Positions 9,677 through 21,580 are shown, counted from the first letter of the stretch. The stretch: DNA of 64,000 nucleotides from an uncultured Phycisphaerales bacterium (GCA_963758525.1 CAVWVQ010000003.1:1120001-1184000), one strand, 5' to 3'. Numbers and translations are program-made. Notes: generated from the letters alone by a model not told the origin.

Positions 9677-11485
9677 ATGGCCATTTCACCCCGGCAATCG
9701 CTGGATCTTTTCTCGCTCCGCGCACGCTATGGGCACGGGGATTCCCCCGGCCGATTCCTGCGCGAGCTGATCGAGCGCATCGACGCGCACCAGGGAAAAG
9801 GCATTTGGATTCACCGGCTGTCGCTCGAACAAGTCATGGATCAACTGGCAGTAGCGGAACAACGGCAGCATGCAGACGGTCCACTACCCCTGTTTGGGGT
9901 GCCGTTCGCGATCAAGGACAATATCGATCTGGCAGGGCACCCGACGTCAGCGGCGTGCCCGGAGTTTACGTATTTGCCGACAAAATCAGCGACGGCGGTC
10001 GAGCGATTATTGGCCGCGGGGGCCATAGCGATCGGCAAGACCAACCTCGATCAATTTGCCCTCGGTCTGGTCGGAACGCGTTCGCCGTTTGGGGCTTGCG
10101 AAAATGCATTTGACGCCCGGTATATCTCCGGAGGCTCCAGTTCCGGATCGGCGGTGGCCGTGGCGGCGGGACTGGTCAGCTTCGCGCTGGCGACAGACAC
10201 GGCAGGCTCCGGGCGTGTGCCGGCGGGATTCAACAATATCGTCGGGCTGAAGCCAACACGCGGGCGCATCAGCGCGGCGGGCGTCACTGCGGCGTGTCAA
10301 TCGCTCGATTGCGTCTCAATCATGGCGTTGACGTGCCGCGATGCCGCGGAGATTGCGCAACTCGCCGCCGGGTACGATCCGCTGGACCCCTATTCGCGGC
10401 AGAAGGAGGAGATTCCGGCGCGCACCGTGCCTGTCACGGAGGCACGCGTCGGCATTCCCGCGACGGCGCATCTGGAGTTTTTTGGCAACTCGACGGTCGA
10501 AAAGCAGTATCGCCGGGCGATCGATCGGATGAAATCGATGGGAGCCGAACTGGTGGAGATCGACTTCGATCCGCTCCACCAGACGGCGGCACTCTTGTAT
10601 GGGGGCCCATGGGTTGCAGAGCGCCTGACGGTCGTCAAGCATCTCCTGGCTGATGCCCCCGATGCGATCCTGCCGGTCACGCGATCCATTCTCAGCGGAG
10701 CACGCAAAGTCACCGGCGTCGATGCCTTTGAGGGGATGCATTTGCTGCAGAAACTCCGGCGGCAGACCGCCGCAATCTGGCAAAATATCGATCTCCTGCT
10801 GGTTCCGACTGCGGGAACGATCTACACGATTGCCCAGGTCGAAGAAAACCCAATCCAGACCAATATCAATCTTGGCTACTACACGAATTTCGTGAACCTG
10901 CTCGATCTCTGCGCGCTGGCGGTCCCGGCAGGCTTTGGCGCTGATGGGCTTCCGGTGGGCGTCACCATGATTGCGCCGGCGGGTCAGGACCAGACTCTGC
11001 TGGAAATCGGCCGGCAATTTCATCGCGAGCAAGATCTTCCGCTGGGAGCTACGGGAGTGCATCTGGCCGAGGACGATTCGCCGCTTCTCACGGACCAGCA
11101 AGGGGTGCGCGTCGCAGTCGTCGGCGCACATCTCAGCGGCCAGCCGCTGAACTGGCAACTGACGGATCGTCGCGCCCGATTGATCGGCGCGGCCCGGACC
11201 GCGCCGCGATATCAGTTGTATGCGCTTCCGGGAACCAGCCCTCCCAAGCCGGGGTTGGTGCAAACCGGTGAAGGCGGCGCGTCCATCGAACTGGAAATCT
11301 GGGAGATGTCGATCGAGGCGTTTGGAAGCTTCGTCGCCGCCATTCCACCACCTTTGGTCATTGGAACCATCGCCCTAGAGGACGGGACGCTTGTGAAGAG
11401 CTTCTTGTGCGAAGCGTTGGCGGTTCAAGGCGCTCGGAACATCTCCCACTTTGGAGGCTGGCGGGCATTTCTCGCCGGCACGTGA
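9677..11485 (+). CDS. atzF: Allophanate hydrolase
   Basis: Amidase signature (AIKDNID, GGSSSGS, TDTAGSGRVPA) plus C-terminal domain AVVGAHLSGQPLN...FGGWRAFL. Confidence 0.93.
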   Translation: MAISPRQSLDLFSLRARYGHGDSPGRFLRELIERIDAHQGKGIWIHRLSLEQVMDQLAVAEQRQHADGPLPLFGVPFAIKDNIDLAGHPTSAACPEFTYLPTKSATAVERLLAAGAIAIGKTNLDQFALGLVGTRSPFGACENAFDARYISGGSSSGSAVAVAAGLVSFALATDTAGSGRVPAGFNNIVGLKPTRGRISAAGVTAACQSLDCVSIMALTCRDAAEIAQLAAGYDPLDPYSRQKEEIPARTVPVTEARVGIPATAHLEFFGNSTVEKQYRRAIDRMKSMGAELVEIDFDPLHQTAALLYGGPWVAERLTVVKHLLADAPDAILPVTRSILSGARKVTGVDAFEGMHLLQKLRRQTAAIWQNIDLLLVPTAGTIYTIAQVEENPIQTNINLGYYTNFVNLLDLCALAVPAGFGADGLPVGVTMIAPAGQDQTLLEIGRQFHREQDLPLGATGVHLAEDDSPLLTDQQGVRVAVVGAHLSGQPLNWQLTDRRARLIGAARTAPRYQLYALPGTSPPKPGLVQTGEGGASIELEIWEMSIEAFGSFVAAIPPPLVIGTIALEDGTLVKSFLCEALAVQGARNISHFGGWRAFLAGT

Positions 11486-11598
11486 GCGACGCGCCATGGG
11501 TCCGACGTTTGCTTTAACTATCAATGGATGAAAGATTTGCGATCATTGCCGCGCAGTCATTGGGCAATACCCCCGCTGGATAAGGGAAATCCCGATCG

Positions 11599-14500
11599 AT
11601 GACGCTCTTTTGGGCAAAACGACGTCGCCTGTTACATCCGCGCTGGCGGGTGTTATGGGGCCTCGTGCTCGCATTGCTCGGCTCGGGCATCCTTCTCTCC
11701 ACGCTGCTCTTCAGCTACGGCCGGGCGTGGGAACAGAGGGGCTTGCAGGACGAGATCGACGCGCGCGCCGCCGAACGAGTGGAGGTGTTGCGCAACAAGA
11801 TCACCGCATCGATGGGCGTCTTGCATGGGATCGAATCACTGTTCGCGACGCGCGGCACCGTCTCCCGGCAGGATTTCGCGGAGTTTGTCTCCGGTGCGCT
11901 GGCGCGTCAGCCAGAACTGCGGGGTGTTGGTTGGACGCCGCGCGTCCTGGCTGAGCAGCGCAGCGCATATGAGGCAGCGGCAAGAAAGGACGGCCTTCGC
12001 GATTTTCAATTCGTCGAACGCGACGCATCGGGCAAGGTCGTTCGTTCCGGACAGAAAGCTGAATACCTCCCCATCTATTACCTGGAGCCCGACTCGTCGA
12101 ACCGCGTGGCAATCGGATTCGAACTGAACTCCAGCGACATTCGCCGCGCGACTCTGGAGAAAGCGTGGCTCAGCGGGGAAGCGGCGGCGACGCCGCCGTT
12201 GCGACTGATCCAAGGACCCGACAAGGACGCCGGTTTCGTCGTCTGGTTGCCCATTTATGGCCCAGGGCCGCATCCGACCGAAGCGGATCGCAAGCGTCTG
12301 CTGACCGGTTTCGCGTCGGCGGTCTTTACGGTCGACGATCTGCTGGCGCCCTGCGTGAGCGATCTTCCGAATCAGGGGCTCGCGGTGACCGTCACCGACA
12401 GCGAGATGCCCGAATCGCGCATCTATCAATTCGCGGCCGTCGGCGCTTCACCGCTGTCAGCCGGGCTTGCGGCATCGGCGTCGCTGGACGTAGCCGGGCA
12501 GCGCTGGACCCTGCAATTGCGCCCGACGAAAGGCTTCGTCGCCGCTCACAGCACGCTGCATCCTCAGATGATCTTTGGCACGTCGCTTCTCATCACGCTG
12601 CTGCTGTGCATTTGCGTGGCGGGCGGCCTGATGCAGACGGCGCGCGTGGAGCGGCGGGTGCAGGACCGCACCGCCGAGTTGTCGCACGAAATCGCCGACC
12701 GCAAGCGCACGGAGGAAGCGGCCCGCATCGCCGAGGCCAAGTTCCGCAGCATCGTTGAAAATACCGTCGAAGGCATTTTCCAGACCAGCCTCGACGGGCA
12801 CTATCTCAGCGCCAACGCGGCGCTGGCGCGCATCTATGCATACGACTCGCCGGAGGAGCTGATCGCGTGTTTGCCCAACATCGCCGACCAGTTGTACGTG
12901 CAGCCAGGCCGGCGCAATGACTTCACGCGCATGGTGCAGCGTGTGGGAGTGGTTTCGGGGTTCGAATCGCAGGTGCGCCGCCACGATGGGACGGTGATCT
13001 GGATTTCGGAGAACGCCCGCGCGGTCCGCGGACCCAGTTCGGAGGTGCTCTATTACGAGGGCACGGTGATCGACATCACGGCCCGCAAGGTCGCCGAAGA
13101 GTCGCTGCGCCGCGCCGCGCCGAGCTGGAAACGCGCGTGCAGGAGCGGACCGCCGAGCTGGCGCTGTCGAACGCGAAGCTGCAGGAGGAAATCGCCGTGC
13201 GCCAGCGGGCCCAGGACGACGCCGCCGCCGCCAACGCGGCCAAGAGCGATTTCCTGGCGCGGATGAGCCACGAAATCCGCACGCCGATGAACGCGATCCT
13301 GGGATACGCGCAGATCCTGCAGCGCGACCCCACCCTGTCGAAAAAGCACTTCGACTGCATCAACACAGTGATGGCCAGCGGAAAACACCTGCTGGAGCTG
13401 ATTGACGACGTGCTGGATCTTTCCAAGATCGAAGCCGGGCATGTCGAACTGGAGTGTTGCGACTTCAACCTTGGGTTGATGATCCAGGGGGTCTTGAACA
13501 TGTTCCGCGCCCGCTGTGCGCAGAAGCGGATTCTGCTGCGCGCGGAAGTGGCCGACAGCGCGCTGGCAATCGTTCGCGGCGACGAGCGCAAGCTGCGGCA
13601 GGTGCTGGTGAATCTGATCGGCAATGCCGTGAAATTCACCGACGACGGCGCCGTCACGCTGCGGGCGCGGCGGGAGGAGAAGGACCTCTATCGCTTTGAG
13701 GTGATCGACACCGGTGCCGGGATCCCGGCCGAGTCGATGCCGCTGGTGTTCGAACCGTTCCGGCAAACATCCGCCGGCCGCAGTCGCGGCGGGACAGGTC
13801 TGGGATTGCCCATCGCCCGCCAGCATGTGGAGATGATGGGCGGAGAGTTGTGCGTCATCTCCACGCCCGGGGCGGGATCGCGCTTTTACTTTGCGATTCG
13901 CCTGCCCGCATCGGCGCGCTCCGCGGCGGCGATGGAATCGGGCATGGCATGGAACAGTGAATCACTTCACCTGGCGCCAAACTGCCGGGTCCGCGCGCTT
14001 GTCGTCGACGATCTGGAAGAGAACCGCACGGTCCTCGCCGAATTGCTCCGCGGCATCGGATGTGAAGCAGTCACCGCCGCCAGTGGCGAAGAAGCGATGC
14101 GCATCGCCGAAGCCCAGCCCTTTGACGTGGCCCTGATTGACATTCTCATGCCCGGTTTGGACGGCATTGAAACCGCGGCGCGCCTGCGCGGCAAGCCGAT
14201 CAAGCTGGTCGCCGTCACCGCGTCCGCATTTATCCATGAACAGGAACGCTGGCGCTCAGCTGGCTTTGACGACGTGATCGTCAAGCCGGTTCTCTCGCAG
14301 CGGTTATGCCTGAGCCTCAGCACATTGCCGAACGTGGAGTTTCACCACGTCGCGCCGTCGCATGATGAGGCCGGCGGGCTCTTGCCGTGCGAGCCTGGGC
14401 CGGCGATCGAATCCTGCGATTCGGTCGGACTTCCCGAGGAACTGCGCCGGCGAATGCTTGCCGCCGCCGAAGTGCATGGCGTCACCGCGCTTCGGCAGTG

Positions 14501-14678
14501 CATCGATCATGCCGAACAACTCTCGCCGGCGGCGCACGGCTTCTGCGATCGGCTGCGGCGCTCGCTGCACGATTACGACATGCAGCAGATCGTCGATCTT
14601 CTGTCGCGCCAGCCCGGCGGAGCGCTCGTCACCGCCGACGAGGGGGAACTCGAACAGGCCGCGTCCGATTGGGCGTAA
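11599..14678 (+). CDS. Hybrid sensor histidine kinase CHASE-PAS-HisKA-HATPase-REC (apparent frameshift near 13115)
   Basis: TM-CHASE-like-TM and PAS in 11599..13266; [36 protein letters not shown] and a receiver domain in 13137..14678. Confidence 0.88.
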
Positions 14679-14688
14679 GAGCCGGACG

Positions 14689-16248
14689 ATGAGATCCATG
14701 ATGTCCGATGCCAGCGTCATTTCCGCGCAGGAAACTCAAATCCTGCTGGTCGATGACACGCCTGCGAATCTCGACGTGCTGACCGGGCTTCTGGAGCCGC
14801 AGGGGTATCGTGTGCTGGCTGCTCCCAACGGCGAGGTGGCGCTGCGCGTCGCCGCCCGCGCCAAGCCCGATCTGATCCTGCTCGACGTGCTGATGCCCGA
14901 ACTCGACGGGTATGAAACCTGCCGGCGATTGAAGGCCTCGCAGGAGACTCGCGATATTCCGGTTGTCTTCATCAGCGCGCTGGAGGAGATCAATGATCTG
15001 GTGCTGGGATACCGCGCCGGAGGAGCCGACTACATCACCAAGCCCTTCCGCGCCGAGGAAGTGCTGGTGCGCGTGGAAACGCTCCTGCGAGTCAGCCGGC
15101 TGACACGCCAGTTGCAGGCGAACAATCAGGAACTCGAGCAGCGCGGCGCCGAGCTTTCCGCGACGAATCATCGGCTGCAGGAGGAGATCGACCGGCGCGA
15201 GCGCGCCGAGGTTGCGCTGGATGCGGTGGACAAGCAGCTTTCCGATTTGTCCGACCGCGAAGCGCGGCAATGGGGAATCGAAGGATTCATCGGCCGCAGC
15301 CGCACCCTGGGGAAGACCATCGACGACATCAAACGGCTGCGCAACTTCGGCTCGGTCAATGTGGTCATCACCGGAGAGAGCGGCACCGGCAAAGAGCTGG
15401 TCGCCCGGGCGATTCATTTCAGCGGCGCCCGTGCCAAGGGCCCGTTCGTCCCGATCAACTGCGTCGCCATCCCGCAGGAACTGGCCGAGTCGATGCTCTT
15501 CGGACACCTGCGCGGCGCATTCACGGGCGCGACGATGGACCGGCGCGGCTACTTCGAAATGGCTCACGGCGGGACGCTGTTCCTCGACGAGATCGGCGAC
15601 ATGCCGATGCCATTGCAGGCCAAGCTGCTGCGCGTCCTCGAAGACGGCTGGGTCACGCCGGTGGGGGCGAGCAAGCCCAAAGCCGTCGACGTGCGGATCG
15701 TGGCCGCGACCAACGCCGATCTGCAGACGAAGATCGCCGACGGCTCGTTCCGCGAAGACCTCTTTTTCCGTCTCGCGCAATTCACGGTTGACGTCCCCCC
15801 GCTTCGCGAGCGCCGCGAGGATATTCCGCTGCTGGCCGCCCATTTTGTGGAGCTCTTCGCAGCCGAGATGGGAATTGCCGCGCCAAAGATCGACGCGGAT
15901 GCGCTGGCGCTGCTGGCAGCGCATCGCTTCCGCGGAAACATCCGCGAGCTGAAAAACGTGATCGAGCGCGCTCTCATCGAAAACGGCGGCAAAGACGTGC
16001 GGGCGCAGCACCTCTACCTCGGCGCGTCGCGGCCCCCCGCGCCCGCCAGCGCCGCGCGGCCCCCGGCCGCCGCGAGCGAAAGCAGCGAGCCCGGCGGCGA
16101 TCTGCCGCTGAAGCTCGAAGAAGCCGAGACAATTCTCATCAAGCGCGCCTTAGCCGAAACCGGCGGCAACATCGCCGAAGCGGCGCGGAAGCTGGGGGTC
16201 AACCGAACTAGGATTTATCGGAAGCTGGGGACGACCGCAGGGAAATAG
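14689..16248 (+). CDS. Sigma54-dependent response regulator (REC-coiled coil-AAA+-Fis HTH)
   Basis: LLVDD/DVLMP receiver, [52 protein letters not shown]. Confidence 0.95.
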   Translation: MRSMMSDASVISAQETQILLVDDTPANLDVLTGLLEPQGYRVLAAPNGEVALRVAARAKPDLILLDVLMPELDGYETCRRLKASQETRDIPVVFISALEEINDLVLGYRAGGADYITKPFRAEEVLVRVETLLRVSRLTRQLQANNQELEQRGAELSATNHRLQEEIDRRERAEVALDAVDKQLSDLSDREARQWGIEGFIGRSRTLGKTIDDIKRLRNFGSVNVVITGESGTGKELVARAIHFSGARAKGPFVPINCVAIPQELAESMLFGHLRGAFTGATMDRRGYFEMAHGGTLFLDEIGDMPMPLQAKLLRVLEDGWVTPVGASKPKAVDVRIVAATNADLQTKIADGSFREDLFFRLAQFTVDVPPLRERREDIPLLAAHFVELFAAEMGIAAPKIDADALALLAAHRFRGNIRELKNVIERALIENGGKDVRAQHLYLGASRPPAPASAARPPAAASESSEPGGDLPLKLEEAETILIKRALAETGGNIAEAARKLGVNRTRIYRKLGTTAGK

Positions 16249-16397
16249 GGGCCGCTTATCTCGTCCGCGTTCGTTTCTTCCAGTGCTTCGGATGCCGGTT
16301 GCAATGCACCACGCAGATCGCCAGCAGCGATTCCGGCAGCACTTGATAGACAATCATGTATTTGAACGAAGTGAGACTATCAGCTTCCTCGCGCACC

Positions 16398-16640
16398 TCA
16401 TGGATGACGGATCGCCAGTTCGGCTTTCACACGCCGCATGACGACGCGCCAATCCTCGGCGGTGGTCTTCTCCGCGCGAAAGGCTTCCAGACGGCGGCCA
16501 ATCTCCGCTTCCAGGGCATGCCCGTCGCCAGGCTGCTCGCGGCCATCTTCAAGGCTTTCAATCAAGGCCTCGGCAACCGTTGCCCTTTCACCTTTGGACT
16601 ATTGAAGTGCCACGTCGAGAAGATCGGTCACTGGACTCAT
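16398..16640 (-). pseudogene. Addiction-module antitoxin (TIGR02574-like) with premature TAG
   Basis: Manual translation MSPVTDLLDVALQ*SKGERATVAEALIESLE...EAEIGRRLEAFRAEKTTAEDWRVVMRRVKAEL. The stop at 16599-16601 sits where Leu is expected. Confidence 0.7.
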
Positions 16641-16838
16641 CGGAACTCCTGATTCCCCGATCATCCCATCCACGGGGGCAGGGGGCTTGAGCCATGCGTC
16701 AGCCACCTGCTGGTACGCCGGCGTGTTGTTGCAAACGTCCGCCGGGTGACGCCTGAAACATGTACGGGCGTCCGGCAGCAATCCGGATTCAATTGCTAAA
16801 CCCCAACTCTACAGAAGGTTAGCGTCGCTCGGACGCAT

Positions 16839-16853
16839 TGGCACGCCCATTGT
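16839..16853 (+). promoter_or_regulatory. Sigma54-like -24/-12 promoter (GT at -12)
   Basis: TGGCACGCCCATTGT about 100 nt upstream of the porin ATG, next to a GAFTGA activator gene. Confidence 0.65.
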
Positions 16854-16951
16854 TTTGCGCTGCGGGACAACCGCATCGCGGGCGATGAAGAGACTCTCGG
16901 CTCTTCAGGCAATAGTGCTGCCCGCCAACAGAAAGAATGGGAAAGGCAAAC

Positions 16952-17971
16952 ATGTCGGTACTTCGTATTCTGAGTGCCTCGGCGATCGCCGCGGCGATCG
17001 GCTTTCCGTCATTGGCGCGCGCGGTGGACCTGGTCCCCGCATCCGATGCGCTGTCGCTGACGCCAACTGCTTCTGTGGCGTCCGACGCGAGCGCGTCGTC
17101 GGATCAAACCGCCTCGGTGCTCGATCCGCAGAGCCAATCACAGCAGCAGCACGCGACGTATCTCGACGCCGCTCCGGATGCGCCCAACATTCATGGGTTC
17201 GCGGAGGTTCCGTTTAAGACCGCTTACGTCACGCCGCGCGGCCTCGTTGTTGAAAACCAGGGCCTGGTGATTCAGCCGGTGGTCGGCCTGGTGTTGCCGC
17301 TCGACGACATCGGACCAATCTCCAAAGTCGCCCTGGTCACGGGCGTCTGGAATTCAATCAACCTCAATCAGGGCGACCCGTACGTCGGACCGTGGAACGA
17401 GCTTGACTACTTCGTCAGCCTCTCGGGAAGCGTGGGAAAATTCACCGGCACCGCCACCTATTCTCCCTGGTTCTCCCCCCCGCACGCATTCCACATTGAG
17501 TCCACCTCGGACTTCAAGGTCGCGTACGACGACACCGGCACGATCATGAAGGATTTCGCCTTCAAGCCGTATGTCGACTTCTTCTACTCGATCTCGGGCG
17601 ACTCGACCGTCATCCTCGGTCGTCACGGAAGCACGTATTACTTCGAGCTTGGAATGGCCCCAAGCTACACGCTCAAGGCCAGCGCGGACTATCCGCTGAC
17701 CTTCAGCTTTCCGACGTACTTCTCGGTGGGCCCCAAGAACTATTGGGACACTACCGAAAAGAGCTCGCACTTTGGCGTCTTCTCGACGGCCATCAATGTG
17801 ACGGTGCCGCTCGCGTTCATCCCCATCCGCTACGGAGCCTGGCACGCGGACGCGGGGCTGCAGTATTTCTACCTTCTCAATCACGCGCTGCTCGAAGCCG
17901 GCGGCCTCGCCAGCGGCAACGACAACCGCAACGTGCTCAACGCGTCGGTGGGAGTCGGGTTTAACTTCTGA
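16952..17971 (+). CDS. Putative outer-membrane beta-barrel (porin) of the biuret uptake operon
   Basis: Signal peptide, aromatic-rich alternating beta strands, C-terminal GVGFNF beta-signal. Confidence 0.7.
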   Translation: MSVLRILSASAIAAAIGFPSLARAVDLVPASDALSLTPTASVASDASASSDQTASVLDPQSQSQQQHATYLDAAPDAPNIHGFAEVPFKTAYVTPRGLVVENQGLVIQPVVGLVLPLDDIGPISKVALVTGVWNSINLNQGDPYVGPWNELDYFVSLSGSVGKFTGTATYSPWFSPPHAFHIESTSDFKVAYDDTGTIMKDFAFKPYVDFFYSISGDSTVILGRHGSTYYFELGMAPSYTLKASADYPLTFSFPTYFSVGPKNYWDTTEKSSHFGVFSTAINVTVPLAFIPIRYGAWHADAGLQYFYLLNHALLEAGGLASGNDNRNVLNASVGVGFNF

Positions 17972-18093
17972 TTCGCAAGAACTGGATCCTCGAGCCGGGA
18001 AGGCCGCCCCGCTGCAAAAGCCGCGGAACAACTTCCCGCGGGCAGCCTTCCCGGCCGAGGTTTTACATCAGATCAATCTGTCCATTAAAGGAA

Positions 18094-19293
18094 ATGATTA
18101 TGCAGCCATCCGCATTGCGCAAACTCGCGTCGCAGCTTGCAGCGCGAAATCTCAAACTGCTTGCCGTCGCCGCCCTGGGCGCGGCGGTTGTCGTCTCGGG
18201 CTGTTCCAAGTCTGACGATACCGCCAGCAGCAGTTCCGGCGGCGGTTCTTCCCCCACGACCGCCCCCGCGGGAACCCCGTTGACGGTCGGCTTCATCTAC
18301 GTCGGCACCAAGGACGACTACGGCTACAACCAGTCGCATGCCGACGGCGCCGCCGAAGTGAAGAAGATGCCGAACGTCACCGTGGTTGAGGCGGAAAAGG
18401 TGCCGGAGACCAAAGACGCGCAGCAGGCGATGGAAACAATGATCAACCAGAGCGATGCGAAGCTCATCTTCGCGACATCGTTTGGTTATTTTAATCCTCA
18501 CGTGAAGGAGATCGCGGCGAAATACCCGAAGATCGAGTTCCTCCACGCCGGCGGAATTCTGAAAGACGGTGACCCGCCGAACATCGGCACCTACTTCGCG
18601 TACATCGACGAGCTGGAATATCTCTGCGGCATGGCCGCTGGTGCGGTCACCAAGTCCAACAAGCTCGGATACGTTGCCGCCAAGCCCATCACGCCGGTTC
18701 TGCGCGACATCAACGCGTTTGAGCTGGGAGCCAAGGCCGTCAACCCCAAGGCCACGCTCACGGTCATTTTCACCGGCGATTGGTTCCTGCCCAATGAAGA
18801 AGCCAACGCGGTGACGAATCTCGCCGACCAGGGGATCGACGTCGTCTCCGGTCACGTTGACAGCCCCAAAGTCCTCGTGCAAACCGCCGAGAAACGCGGC
18901 ATCTACTGCTGCGGCTATCACTACAACGAATCCACCCTCGCGCCCAAGGGCTACCTTACCGGCGCAGAATGGGACTGGGGTCCGATGTACGTGAAGTTCG
19001 TCAAGGATTACGAGGATGGCAAGCCGATGCCGCACAACTACATGGGCAGCCTGAAGGACGGGGCCGTCAAGCTCTCGCCGTTCGGCTCGGCGGTTCCGCT
19101 TGAAACCAAGGCGAAGATCGAAGCGGATGAAGCGCTGATGAAACTCGGAACGTTCCAGATGTTCAAGGGCCCGCTGAAGGACAATAAAGGGAACGTCGTG
19201 ATCCCCGATGGCAAGTCGTTCGACGATCAGGACCCCGCGCTGTGGGGAATGAATTACCTGGTCGAAGGCGTCATTGGAAGCACCGGCAGCTGA
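18094..19293 (+). CDS. BMP-family ABC substrate-binding lipoprotein
   Basis: Lipobox VVSGC; VGFIYVG..DDYGYNQSH; INAFELGAKAVNP. Confidence 0.9.
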   Translation: MIMQPSALRKLASQLAARNLKLLAVAALGAAVVVSGCSKSDDTASSSSGGGSSPTTAPAGTPLTVGFIYVGTKDDYGYNQSHADGAAEVKKMPNVTVVEAEKVPETKDAQQAMETMINQSDAKLIFATSFGYFNPHVKEIAAKYPKIEFLHAGGILKDGDPPNIGTYFAYIDELEYLCGMAAGAVTKSNKLGYVAAKPITPVLRDINAFELGAKAVNPKATLTVIFTGDWFLPNEEANAVTNLADQGIDVVSGHVDSPKVLVQTAEKRGIYCCGYHYNESTLAPKGYLTGAEWDWGPMYVKFVKDYEDGKPMPHNYMGSLKDGAVKLSPFGSAVPLETKAKIEADEALMKLGTFQMFKGPLKDNKGNVVIPDGKSFDDQDPALWGMNYLVEGVIGSTGS

Positions 19294-19428
19294 TCATCGG
19301 CACTCGGATTCGCTCCGTCTCCCAATCTCGCCGTTGGGAGACGGGGCGTCCGTCGTTTGTTGTGACCTCCGATGCGATGATCGTCTCGCTCAGGCAACGG
19401 TGCCTCCAACTGGGAACGGGAGAGCTAC

Positions 19429-20604
19429 ATGACGCTGCCCTACGAAGCGCGTGAAGTGCGTCCAACGCTGATTTTCCGGGCCAAGCGGATCATCCCCTCG
19501 TCGTTCATCGACGCGATGATCATCACCGCCGCGGCCCTGGTGATTTCTCTTGCGCTGTTCGGTCTGTTCATCATCATCAGCAAGGGAATCAATCCCTTTG
19601 ACGTGTTTCACGTGATGTTCCGCGGTGCGTTCGGCTCGCAGTACGCATGGCGGAACACGATGATCCACGCCGCCCCGCTGCTGTTGACGGCTCTGTGCGT
19701 GGCGTTGCCCGCCCGATTGGGGCTGGTGATCATCGGCGGGGAAGGTTGCGTGCTGCTGGGCGGGCTGATGGCGGCGTTCGCGGCGCACCTCATGCCGGAG
19801 GCGCCTCCCCTGATCGTGCAGATTTCGATGGTCGTCATGGGAATGGCGGCTGGCGGCGTGTGGATCATGATCGTCGGCGCACTCAAGCAGTATCGCGGCG
19901 TCAACGAGACGATCAGCAGCCTGCTGATGAATTACATCGCATTGGCAATCCTCAACCACTGCGTTGAAGGGCCGATGCACGATCCCAAGACGCTGGATCA
20001 TCCCTCCTCATTTCCCCTGGCGGCCGCCGACATGTTCGGCAATATTCCCGGCACGCAGATTCATGTCGGTCTGCTGTTTGGAATCATCGCCTGCCTGCTG
20101 GCATGGATCCTGATGGACCACACGACCTACGGCTTTGCAACACGCGTGGTCGGCGGCAACGTGCGCGCCGCGAAAGTCGCCGGTCTTTCCGTGGCGAAAT
20201 ATACGCTCATCGCCTGCTTTATGGCCGGGGCGGCGGCGGCGCTCACCGGCGTGATTGAAGTGGCCGCTATTCAGGGTCATGCCAACGACAGTCTTGCCGC
20301 CGGCTACGGTTATGCCGGCATCCTCGTCGCATTTGTCGCCCGGCAGAATCCATTGGCCATCATTCCCGTGGCGATGCTGCTGGGAGGCGTCAGCGCCAGC
20401 GGCGATCTGCTGCAGATGAAGCTGGGGCTCAGCAGCGCCAGCGTTCAGGTCTTTCAGGGTATACTCTTTCTGGTCATCCTCGGGCTGGACACCTGGGCCG
20501 GGCGCCTCAGCGACCTCCACGACATCTGGTTCGCCAGGCTGATTACCCGCCTGATTCACGCCCCCGCCAAGAAAACCCTGGCAACAGGAGCCGCTCATGC
20601 CTGA
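19429..20604 (+). CDS. ABC transporter permease (nucleoside/BMP type) 1
   Basis: Multi-TM; GVNETISSLLMNYIA, GYGYAGILVAFVARQNP. Confidence 0.9.
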   Translation: MTLPYEAREVRPTLIFRAKRIIPSSFIDAMIITAAALVISLALFGLFIIISKGINPFDVFHVMFRGAFGSQYAWRNTMIHAAPLLLTALCVALPARLGLVIIGGEGCVLLGGLMAAFAAHLMPEAPPLIVQISMVVMGMAAGGVWIMIVGALKQYRGVNETISSLLMNYIALAILNHCVEGPMHDPKTLDHPSSFPLAAADMFGNIPGTQIHVGLLFGIIACLLAWILMDHTTYGFATRVVGGNVRAAKVAGLSVAKYTLIACFMAGAAAALTGVIEVAAIQGHANDSLAAGYGYAGILVAFVARQNPLAIIPVAMLLGGVSASGDLLQMKLGLSSASVQVFQGILFLVILGLDTWAGRLSDLHDIWFARLITRLIHAPAKKTLATGAAHA

Positions 20605-21562
20605 TGCAGCTTCCGGCATTGGAATCTGGGGCGTTCCGCTGGCGATCTTCGCCGGCGCGATTCGCAACAGCACGCCGTTCCTCTTCGTCAGCCTTGGGGA
20701 AACCCTTACCGAGCGCTCAGGCCGCATCAACCTCGGCCAGGAAGGGACGCTGGTCATGGGCGCGATGGCGGGGTTCGGCGTCTCCTACCTCACGGCCCAG
20801 CACTTTCCCTCGGTCGGAAATGCGCTGGGGCCCTGGCTCGGAGTGCTGGGCGCCGGGCTGGCCGCCTCCGTGCTCGGCGTGCTGCATGCCTGGCTCTGCT
20901 CGCAGCCGCGCGTCAACGATATCGCAGTCGGCATCGGAATCATGCTCTTCGGCACCGGGCTGGCATTTTATCTTGGCAAGCCGCTGGTCGAACCCGCCGC
21001 GCCTCAGTTGCCGGCGATCAACCTCGGATTCTGGAGCCATTCGGAACAGGTGCGGGCGGCGCTGAAAATCAACTGGCTCTTCTTCGTCGGCGTCGCGCTG
21101 GCTCCGCTCATGAGCTGGTGGCTGAAAAACACCCGCTGGGGTCTGATCGTCCGCACCGCGGGCGAAAGCGTCGACGCCACCCGCGCCATGGGCTATTCCG
21201 TCAACTCGATCCGACTCTTCGCGACCACCGCCGGAGCGTTTCTGGCGGGAATCGGCGGATCGTTCCTCTCCCTCTATTACCCGGGAAGCTGGAACGAGGG
21301 CCTCAACAGCGGGCAGGGCTTGATGGCCGTCGCGCTGGTCATCTTCGCGCGGTGGAACCCGATCACCTGTCTGTTTGCCGCCCTGCTTTTCGGGGGCGCC
21401 AAAGCGCTGGGACCCGCGCTGCAATCCATCGGCGTCAGCAAAGGACACTATCTCTTCGATGCCGCTCCGTATTTCCTGACGCTGCTGATCATGATCGCCA
21501 CGTGTTCGGGCAGCAAGAATCTGGCAGGAGCACCTGAAGAACTGGGCCGATCGATGGGATAA
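20597..21562 (+). CDS. ABC transporter permease (nucleoside/BMP type) 2
   Basis: ERSGRINLGQEG, GQGLMAVALVIFARWNP. Confidence 0.9.
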   Translation: MPDAASGIGIWGVPLAIFAGAIRNSTPFLFVSLGETLTERSGRINLGQEGTLVMGAMAGFGVSYLTAQHFPSVGNALGPWLGVLGAGLAASVLGVLHAWLCSQPRVNDIAVGIGIMLFGTGLAFYLGKPLVEPAAPQLPAINLGFWSHSEQVRAALKINWLFFVGVALAPLMSWWLKNTRWGLIVRTAGESVDATRAMGYSVNSIRLFATTAGAFLAGIGGSFLSLYYPGSWNEGLNSGQGLMAVALVIFARWNPITCLFAALLFGGAKALGPALQSIGVSKGHYLFDAAPYFLTLLIMIATCSGSKNLAGAPEELGRSMG

Positions 21563-21580
21563 GCGATTCGGAGCCAATTA

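Noticed and set aside
8936..9770. Several overlapping ORFs around the 165-bp repeat
   Set aside because: They are translations of repeat or intergenic DNA or shadows of the GT2, with no protein signatures.
14362..14688. 109-aa N-terminal extension of the sigma54 regulator in the ORF track
   Set aside because: It overlaps the kinase coding frame; the receiver domain begins after ATG 14689.
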